Shown here in pieces: positions 39,923-46,605 of a stretch of 46,605 nt of DNA (position 1 is the first letter of the stretch; each line of letters opens with the position of its first letter). Source of the stretch: Geoglobus sp. (GTDB taxonomy: Archaea; Halobacteriota; Archaeoglobi; Archaeoglobales; Archaeoglobaceae). The position numbers and the translations under genes were made by a program. The DNA lies in the NCBI GenBank assembly GCA_015522195.1, contig WAMS01000042.1:1-46605 (forward strand), written 5' to 3'. The notes below the pieces were generated by a model. It worked only from the letters and a program-made list of their open reading frames with translations, had not been told where the DNA came from and did no database searches.

Positions 39923-41368
39923 ATGGTTGTCAGGAGCAGACTTGACAGGGAGATGGATGAGGATGCTTTAAGGCTCACAAGCTCCATGGATTCTGATAGG
40001 AATATATTCCATTACGACCTGCTTGTTGACTATGCCCATGTGATCATGCTTGAAAGGCAGGGAATAATCGGCAGGGAATCGGCTGGAAAGATAATCTCAT
40101 CTCTCAGAGAGATCGAACAGGATGGATTTGAAAACCTCAGCAGGAAATTTGAGGACGTTCATGAGGCAATCGAGGCAAAGCTCATAGAGATGGCTGGAGA
40201 GCATGGGAGGAGAATACACACTGCAAGGAGCAGAAATGATGAGGTTGCAACATGTCTGAGACTATTTGCAAGAGACAGAATCCTCGACATTCTTGCTGAA
40301 ATACTGAATTTCAGATCCGTTCTGGTCAAGAGATCATTTGAGTATGTGGATGCAGTTATGCCGGGCTTCACACATCTGCAGTATGCTCAGCCCACAAGGC
40401 TTTCACATCACTTGCTGGCATGGCATGACATGACATGGAGGGACTTCGAGAGATTTCTGGATGCATTCAAAAGGGTGAATCTATCACCACTTGGCTCCTC
40501 AGCGTTCTCAGGCACAAGTTTTCCAGTTGACAGGGACTTTGTTGCAGATCTGCTGGGGTTTAATGGAACTGTTGAGAATTCGATGGATGCGGTCTCATCA
40601 AGAGATTTTTTGACTGAATGCATTTTTGCATGCTCATCTCTCATGCTCTCATTCAGCAGAATCTGCGAGGAGATTATACTCTGGGCTTCGGAATTTGGAT
40701 TTCTGAAGCTTCCCGATGAATATGCATCGTCATCGAGCATAATGCCACAGAAAAAGAACCCCGATGTGGCCGAGATCATAAGGGCAAAGGCAGGAAAAAT
40801 TATCGGAATGCTCACATCTGCAATGGCGATCTATAAAGCCATGCCCTTTGCCTACAACAGAGATTTTCAGGAGATGAACCGGATTCTTTTTGATGTAATG
40901 AACGAAACCCTGCTGTCCTGCAGGGTTATGGTGGGAATGGTTGAGAAAATCGAGTTTAACCTTGAGGTTATGAAGGATAAGGCTGGAAAGGATTTTTCTA
41001 CAGCAACAGATCTTGCAAATCTGCTTGCCGAAAAAGGCGTACCCTTCAGAACTGCCCACAGAATAGTTGGAGAGCTTGCAAAAAAAGGAAACTGCACCCC
41101 TTCTGCAAATGAGATTATGGAGGTTTGCAGAAAATATGGAGTTGAGATAACATTTGATGATGATGAGCTTAGAAATGCCCTAATTCCCGAACTTTCGGTG
41201 GAAAGAAGAAGGAGTTCTGGTGCAGTCTCAAAGGAAAACATCCTCAGGATGATTGACTCAAGAGCCAATGCGATTAAGGAGGATGAGAGAAAACTGGTCG
41301 GGATGAAAAGCAGGATCATTCAATCTGTAAACAGGCTTTATGATATGGTGAGGAGCTATGAGGGCTAA
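39923..41368 (+). CDS. argH: Argininosuccinate lyase
   Basis: EDVHEAIE, HTARSRND, PGFTHLQ.AQP, SSIMPQKKNPD, YNRDFQE. Confidence 0.97.
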   Translation: MVVRSRLDREMDEDALRLTSSMDSDRNIFHYDLLVDYAHVIMLERQGIIGRESAGKIISSLREIEQDGFENLSRKFEDVHEAIEAKLIEMAGEHGRRIHTARSRNDEVATCLRLFARDRILDILAEILNFRSVLVKRSFEYVDAVMPGFTHLQYAQPTRLSHHLLAWHDMTWRDFERFLDAFKRVNLSPLGSSAFSGTSFPVDRDFVADLLGFNGTVENSMDAVSSRDFLTECIFACSSLMLSFSRICEEIILWASEFGFLKLPDEYASSSSIMPQKKNPDVAEIIRAKAGKIIGMLTSAMAIYKAMPFAYNRDFQEMNRILFDVMNETLLSCRVMVGMVEKIEFNLEVMKDKAGKDFSTATDLANLLAEKGVPFRTAHRIVGELAKKGNCTPSANEIMEVCRKYGVEITFDDDELRNALIPELSVERRRSSGAVSKENILRMIDSRANAIKEDERKLVGMKSRIIQSVNRLYDMVRSYEG

Positions 41369-42575
41369 AAGGGTGAAAATTAAAGCTAAGGGAAGGATAT
41401 TCGAGGGAATAGCCCTCCCGTCTGAAGAAGGAAAGATTGTGCTCAAACTTGACAGTGGCTACAATGTAGGATTTTACGATTATGAGGTAATTGAGGAAAA
41501 GGAGATGGAGATCACATATCCTGAAACTGAGTGCAGGATAAGGGAAGACAAACTGCCAGAAATAAAGGTGATATCCACCGGCGGAACGATAGCAAGCAAG
41601 GTTGATTACAGCACGGGAGCAGTTACAAGTCAGTTTTCAGCTGAGGAGATAGTCTCAGACATTCCGGAGCTTGCGGAGATATGCAGAATTGATGCGGAAC
41701 TGCTTTACAACATACTGAGCGAGAACATGAAGCCTGAGTACTGGGTAAAGCTTGCAAGAAGGGTTTATGAAGCTGTGAAGGAGGGCTATGAGGGTGTTAT
41801 AGTCACTCACGGAACCGACACGATGCACTACTCAGCATCAGCTCTGGCATTCATGCTCCGCTCTCCGGTGCCAGTCGTCTTTGTTGGAGCACAGAGAAGC
41901 AGTGACAGGCCCAGCAGTGATGCTGCAGTAAACATGATATGCTCGGCTCACACATCCCTCAGCGATCTCGGAGAGGTGGCTGTTGTGATGCATGCATCAA
42001 CAAGCGACGATTTCTGCTACATTCACAGAGGTGTAAAGGTCAGGAAGAACCATACCTCACGAAGGGATGCGTTCCAGAGCGTAAACTATCCTCCTCTTGG
42101 CAGGGTGTGGCCTGATGGTAGAATAGAGTGGATTGGGGATAGAGTAAACCGTGGAGAAAGAAATCTGGAGTTGTTTGACAGGCTTGAAGAGAAGGTTGCA
42201 CTTGTGAAGTTCTATCCAGGTTTAAGTCCAGATATTCTCGATTTCTTCTATGAAAAGGGATTCAGGGGTTTTGTTCTTGAAGGAACTGGACTTGGACATG
42301 TCTCAACTGACTGGGTTGAAACTGTGAAGAGAGTCGCTGAAGACAGTCTTGTGGTGATGACATCCCAGTGTTTATGGGGGAGAGTGTGCGATAGGGTTTA
42401 TGACACTGGCAGATACCTGCTCAAAGCTGGGGTTATAGAGGGTGAGGACATGTTGCCTGAAGTTGCTCTGATCAAAACAATGTGGCTTCTGGGCAACTTT
42501 GAGCTTGAGGAGGCGAAAAGGCTTGTGAGAGAGAATCTGGTTGGGGAAATAAATTACAGGACTGATTTTGGTTAA
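41358..42575 (+). CDS. gatD: Glutamyl-tRNA(Gln) amidotransferase subunit D
   Basis: LKLDSGYNVG, STGGTIASKVDY, HGTDT, GAQRSSDRPSSD, HTSRRDAF. Confidence 0.96.
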   Translation: MRAKRVKIKAKGRIFEGIALPSEEGKIVLKLDSGYNVGFYDYEVIEEKEMEITYPETECRIREDKLPEIKVISTGGTIASKVDYSTGAVTSQFSAEEIVSDIPELAEICRIDAELLYNILSENMKPEYWVKLARRVYEAVKEGYEGVIVTHGTDTMHYSASALAFMLRSPVPVVFVGAQRSSDRPSSDAAVNMICSAHTSLSDLGEVAVVMHASTSDDFCYIHRGVKVRKNHTSRRDAFQSVNYPPLGRVWPDGRIEWIGDRVNRGERNLELFDRLEEKVALVKFYPGLSPDILDFFYEKGFRGFVLEGTGLGHVSTDWVETVKRVAEDSLVVMTSQCLWGRVCDRVYDTGRYLLKAGVIEGEDMLPEVALIKTMWLLGNFELEEAKRLVRENLVGEINYRTDFG

Positions 42576-42707
42576 AATAGAATAATTATTGTTTTTGGGT
42601 GTAAAATCGATCATCTCGATGTTTTTTGGATCTCATAATGTTGCACCTATGGCGAGGTTTTCAAAGTGTGGTTAAACTATTTATACAATTCCAACCAATC
42701 CAACATT

Positions 42708-42968
42708 ATGGAAAAGTTGGAAAGCATCGTGAAGATATCTTCAAAGGGACAGATAGTGATACCGAAAGAAGTGAGAGAGAGGCTGGGTATAAAAGCTGGT
42801 GGAAAGCTGGCAGTTATCGTAAGAGATGACGAGATAATTCTGAGGAAAATTGAAAGACTGAATCTCTCGGAAATTAGTTCCAGAATATCCTCTGTTGTGG
42901 AGAAAGAGGATATTGACGTGAACAAGCTTGTCACGGAGGCTGTTGAGTGGGCAAGAAAACAAAAGTAG
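42708..42968 (+). CDS. AbrB/MazE/SpoVT-family antitoxin
   Basis: KISSKGQIVIPKEVRERLGIKAG; ATG 42708 follows a TATA-like TATTTATA. Confidence 0.9.
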   Translation: MEKLESIVKISSKGQIVIPKEVRERLGIKAGGKLAVIVRDDEIILRKIERLNLSEISSRISSVVEKEDIDVNKLVTEAVEWARKQK

Positions 42969-43260
42969 TTCTTGACACAAATATCTGGGTGTCGATATTC
43001 TTGAACAAAACTCTGAGTAAGGAATTTGGCAAACTCTTAGAGAGTGGAAGGATCAAGGTTTTTGTTTCAGAAGAAATTCTGAAAGAAATTTCCAGAGTTT
43101 TGGAATACCCGAAAATAAAGGACGTACTAGTAAAGTCTGGAATGTGCACTCGAAAGCAGAGCAGATTGTATTGTGAGTGGTGATAAACATCTGCTGAAAT
43201 TCAGGAAATTTGGAGATACTGAAATAATATCTGCGAGAGAATTCATAGAAAGAATTGAGC
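42947..43260 (+). pseudogene. PIN-domain toxin, internally deleted and frameshifted
   Basis: Frame 1 reads KVVLDTNIWVS...EEILKEISRVLEYPKI. The C-terminal ECALESRADCIVSGDKHLL...IISAREF begins at 43140 in another frame, and the usual middle DPxDxxxL segment is absent. Confidence 0.8.
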
Positions 43261-43310
43261 TGCAGTCATCCAAGCTAAGGAGAAAGATATTATTTCCACT
43301 GGAATTCATT

Positions 43311-44876
43311 TTATTCTGCTTTGTGGATGATAACACCCCACAAAAATCTGTTTTCCTTTTTCGGAAGAATGTAAGGGAGATTTCTGACAATCCGTCCTCC
43401 ATGATAGAGACACCAGTCTCTGCAGACTTCAAGAAGCATCTCTGAAAAGTTTCCGTCCTCTTTAAAGTTTTCATTCAGGAGCTGGAAAAATCCTCCACCA
43501 CCCACACCTACAGGCGAGCCGTACTTACCATGCTGGGCGAGAATTTGCGTTAGATTGGCTATGTGTGGATAGGAAAGGTATTCATAGGTAAATCTCAGGG
43601 AATTCCATAATTGCTCGTAAATTGCCACTTTCAGAAGGCTGAACCCTTCAGCAATTTTCTCATCTTCTACCTCTTCCCTTATCATTCCCTCCTGTATCAG
43701 ATCCAGCCCTGTTTTTCCGTAATTCCAGACGGATTCGGTTAGATCCTCTGCAATCCTTTTCAAAAACTTCTCTGCCTCTGGCAGGTGGTATGAACGCCTT
43801 CTTATGGATTTCAGGATCTCAGGAAAATCATGACCAACTCCCGTCCAGATGTCAGTGAAGAGTGGTCTATCAAAATGGTAGGAATGGACTTCCGGCTTCA
43901 TCTTTTCGGCAGTTTCACCTCTGTTTCTGTAACAAAAAACATTTGCGGGCTTTGGTGAGCCAAAAAGAAGGAGATACTCTGCACTCGTGCTGGTGGTTGA
44001 GGGAATGGGCCATTTGTCCTGAATGTGCATGTTATCTGCCAGTGCAATGGCATCGGCCAGTATTTCATGCCTGTCAAAGCATTTCTCAAAGCTTCGATTG
44101 GTTATGCATTTGCTCTCCGATACAGCATCTTTGAAAGAATTGCTGTCTCTCAGATATTCTGCCCCAACCATCAGCAAAACAGCTATTGCTGATGACATGA
44201 TAAATCCGGAATTGTAGGGAACTTCAGAGTAAAAATGAATTATGGAATTTTCAAAGTAGGAGTCAAAGTTTAAATCTGGAATTTCGGTCAAATTCAGGTT
44301 TTTCTGAACAATATCCGCCAGTCTGGGAATTGAGATGCATTCACCATCTGTCACGTAAAAGAACTCCATCTCTTTCTTTGAACCCCTGCTAATCCCCATC
44401 CAGATTCTGTATCCTGTAACCTCAACGATTATTGTTTTCGTCCACATAACTGCAATCGAACCAAATCTTGATGCAAGCACATCTGCTGATGCTATCAGAT
44501 CGTATCTTTTTCTATCCAGATATGCAGGAACTTCAAACACACCAAATGATTCGATAACATTCTCAACATACTCATTTTCAATGTTTAGCTGAATCGTTAA
44601 ATTTTCGACTCTCACAGCTTTTCTCTTTTTTTCATCAGGCAAATTGAGGACGTTTTCTGTTATATCTCTCCCATTACTGTCGAGAAAGGCGATCATCTCC
44701 TCTCTCGCCATGCCGATCAGGGCACCTGTGACAGCTTCAGAAGGGTTCGTGCGCCACACACCCAGTTCCTTCACCTGATGGAAAAGTGATGCATAATCAA
44801 CTCTGCCTCCCTTTCTCTGTGCAGTTTCTATTATGAATCTGGCTTTTTTCTCAAAATCAGATATCCTTTTTGGCAT
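43311..44876 (-). CDS. Hypothetical protein: putative N-terminal winged helix plus degenerate GHMP-kinase fold
   Basis: 521-aa ORF; IHFYSEVPYNSGFIMSSAIAV (cf. PxGxGLGSSAA) and GSPVGVGGGGF (cf. GAGGGG). Confidence 0.6.
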   Translation of the reverse strand: MPKRISDFEKKARFIIETAQRKGGRVDYASLFHQVKELGVWRTNPSEAVTGALIGMAREEMIAFLDSNGRDITENVLNLPDEKKRKAVRVENLTIQLNIENEYVENVIESFGVFEVPAYLDRKRYDLIASADVLASRFGSIAVMWTKTIIVEVTGYRIWMGISRGSKKEMEFFYVTDGECISIPRLADIVQKNLNLTEIPDLNFDSYFENSIIHFYSEVPYNSGFIMSSAIAVLLMVGAEYLRDSNSFKDAVSESKCITNRSFEKCFDRHEILADAIALADNMHIQDKWPIPSTTSTSAEYLLLFGSPKPANVFCYRNRGETAEKMKPEVHSYHFDRPLFTDIWTGVGHDFPEILKSIRRRSYHLPEAEKFLKRIAEDLTESVWNYGKTGLDLIQEGMIREEVEDEKIAEGFSLLKVAIYEQLWNSLRFTYEYLSYPHIANLTQILAQHGKYGSPVGVGGGGFFQLLNENFKEDGNFSEMLLEVCRDWCLYHGGRIVRNLPYILPKKENRFLWGVIIHKAE

Positions 44877-45081
44877 ACATGAATTTGCTCTTTCGTTCCC
44901 TTAAAATTTTCTTTAGATTATTTATTCATTTTCCTCAGTTCTATCAGGAATTTACTAAATTTTTTCAGTTTACTAAATATCCTCAAAGCTGAGCCTAAAT
45001 TATTAAAAATTCAAAAATTATTAAAATTTAAATATTATTTAAAATAGAAAAAGTTATATATTTTTAATTGCAGGAATTGAT

Positions 45082-45492
45082 ATGAACGGTCTAAAGCCGG
45101 GAATGAAACATGAACTGACGGTTGAGGTAACTCCCGATATGGCTGCCTCAAAATTTGTTGAAGGCACACCCAATGTTTTTGCAACAGCAGCGATGGTTGC
45201 GCTGATAGAGCAGACATGCAAGGATATGACACAGCCTTACTTGAAAAATGGACAGACTACAGTTGGAGTTCACATAAACGCAAGCCATATCGCCCCAACA
45301 CCGATTGGCATGAAGGTCACTGCAAAAGCAGAGCTGATGGAGGTGGATGGAAGGAGGCTTGAATTCAGGGTTGAGGTTTTTGATGAGGTAGAAAAGATAA
45401 GTGATGCAGAACATACACGCTTTGTAATAGACATTTCCAGATTCGAGGCAAAAACGATGAAGAAGCTGGAAAAAGAAGAACAGAGGACATAA
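45082..45492 (+). CDS. Fluoroacetyl-CoA thioesterase (FlK)-like hotdog thioesterase
   Basis: VFATAAMVALIE (Thr, Glu), TTVG.HINASH.APTP.G (His), H.RFVID. Confidence 0.9.
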   Translation: MNGLKPGMKHELTVEVTPDMAASKFVEGTPNVFATAAMVALIEQTCKDMTQPYLKNGQTTVGVHINASHIAPTPIGMKVTAKAELMEVDGRRLEFRVEVFDEVEKISDAEHTRFVIDISRFEAKTMKKLEKEEQRT

Positions 45493-45560
45493 TTGCTAAT
45501 TCATATTGTTGACAGTATTCGTAGTAATGTTTATTAATACAAAATTGCAATACAAAGGAC

Positions 45561-45788
45561 ATGGAATATGTCACGATCTCAGCAAGAATAAGAAAGGATC
45601 TGAAAGAAGAGATGGACAGACTTGGGATTAAGCCATCAGAGGTGATAAAACGGGCTGTTGAAGAGAGTATAAGAAAAAAGAAGATAGAAATCCTCAAAAC
45701 CAGAGTGGAAGAAATTCGGGAATTGCTGAACAAACTGATAGAGGAGGAATGGGTTTCTGCGCTTAGGGAAAGCAGAGAGGAGAGATGA
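45561..45788 (+). CDS. VapB-type ribbon-helix-helix antitoxin
   Basis: VTISARIRKDLKEEMDRLGIKPSEVIKRAVEE; AATACAAA repeated at 45536 and 45549 just upstream. Confidence 0.85.
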   Translation: MEYVTISARIRKDLKEEMDRLGIKPSEVIKRAVEESIRKKKIEILKTRVEEIRELLNKLIEEEWVSALRESREER

Positions 45789-46168
45789 TGCTGTTTGATG
45801 CCTCTGCCATAGTAAACATTTGCAGCAGAGGAGAATTGGAAAAACTGGAAGGATACACATCATCCTTGGCCATTTTTGAAATTGGAAATGCAATCTGGAA
45901 GCAGGTATACCAGAGGAAAAGACTGAATGAAGATGAGGGCATGAAGGTTCTGAATGTTATGAAGGAAGTTTTGGAGAGTCTTGAAAAACTTGAGATAGAT
46001 GAGCCTCAGGATGTTTTGAAGATTGCTGTTGAGAATGGCATTACATTTTACGATTCTGCATATCTGTATCTGGCAATCAAGAATGATCTTTCGCTGGTCA
46101 CAGATGATGAAAAACTTTACAGGATAGCCGGAAAATACGTGAGGGTTTTGAGAAGCAGAGATCTGTGA
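45785..46168 (+). CDS. vapC: VapC PIN-domain toxin
   Basis: FDASAIV, FEIGNAIWK, ITFYDSAYL, LVTDD; ATGA-coupled to the antitoxin. Confidence 0.92.
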   Translation: MMLFDASAIVNICSRGELEKLEGYTSSLAIFEIGNAIWKQVYQRKRLNEDEGMKVLNVMKEVLESLEKLEIDEPQDVLKIAVENGITFYDSAYLYLAIKNDLSLVTDDEKLYRIAGKYVRVLRSRDL

Positions 46169-46247
46169 TGTGAGATTGCAGTTATTCGGTTAGAGTACAT
46201 AAACTGTTCATCAAAAATGTTTATTATAAGGGATGTAATATGCTGAG

Positions 46248-46605
46248 ATGATGAGCAGCTGGGCAAAGGTAATCATTGGAGACAGCAGAAAAATGATTGA
46301 AGTGGAAAACAACAGCATAGATCTCGTTGTCACCTCACCTCCATACTGGCACATCAAGGATTATGGCGTTCCGGGGCAGATAGGATATGGACAGTCGTTG
46401 CATGAGTATCTGAAAGATCTTTACAGAGTCTGGAAGGAATGCTACCGAGTTTTAAAGCCTGGAAGAAGGCTGTGTATAAACATCGGTGATCAATTTGCCA
46501 GATCTGTGATTTATGGGAGGTACAAGATAATACCCCTGCACGCAGAATTCATTGCTCAGTGCGAGGATATCGGTTTTGATTATATGGGATCGATTATCTG
46601 GCAGA
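46248..46605 (+). CDS. Site-specific DNA methyltransferase, N4-C/N6-A beta class (3' end outside window)
   Basis: Not in the ORF track. Reads MMSSWAKVIIGDSRKMIEVENNSIDLVVTSPPYWHIKDY...ECYRVLKPG, open to the window edge. Confidence 0.9.
   Translation, partial: MMSSWAKVIIGDSRKMIEVENNSIDLVVTSPPYWHIKDYGVPGQIGYGQSLHEYLKDLYRVWKECYRVLKPGRRLCINIGDQFARSVIYGRYKIIPLHAEFIAQCEDIGFDYMGSIIWQ

Noticed and set aside
43173-43445. Independent 90-aa gene, or programmed frameshift restoring the PIN toxin
   Set aside because: It is the out-of-frame PIN C-terminus running into the convergent gene; the missing middle segment means frameshifting would not restore function
1-46605. CRISPR array, IS element, integrase, tRNA or rRNA
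   Set aside because: No regularly spaced repeats, transposase or integrase ORFs, or tRNA/rRNA signatures seen; intergenic gaps are too short

Overview
Archaeal chromosomal window with gene content typical of Archaeoglobales (class II HMG-CoA reductase, GatD, ThiDN, MptD, carboxyltransferase without a biotin domain). A hexaheme cytochrome suggests a Geoglobus/Ferroglobus-like organism; this taxonomy is inference. It is mostly housekeeping: mevalonate genes (mvaA plus a UbiD-type decarboxylase), cobinamide salvage (cbiZ, btuCD-like), pheS, proS, metG, moaE, mscS, a type IV pilus-like ATPase/membrane pair, thiDN, truA, hemA-hemB-hemL-hemC-cobA, argH and gatD. A three-hairpin H/ACA guide RNA sits at ~14864-15084 (-). 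From ~42.6 kb an accessory region holds two toxin-antitoxin modules (one with a broken PIN gene), an FlK-type thioesterase and a DNA methyltransferase cut by the window end. The best candidates for novelty are: (1) a 521-aa protein that looks like a winged-helix domain fused to a catalytically degenerate GHMP-kinase fold, divergent from the thioesterase; (2) an APC amino-acid permease fused to a minimal nucleotidyltransferase domain; (3) a hexaheme cytochrome / CARDB surface protein / signal peptidase cluster. All family assignments come from motif recognition by eye; no searches were run.
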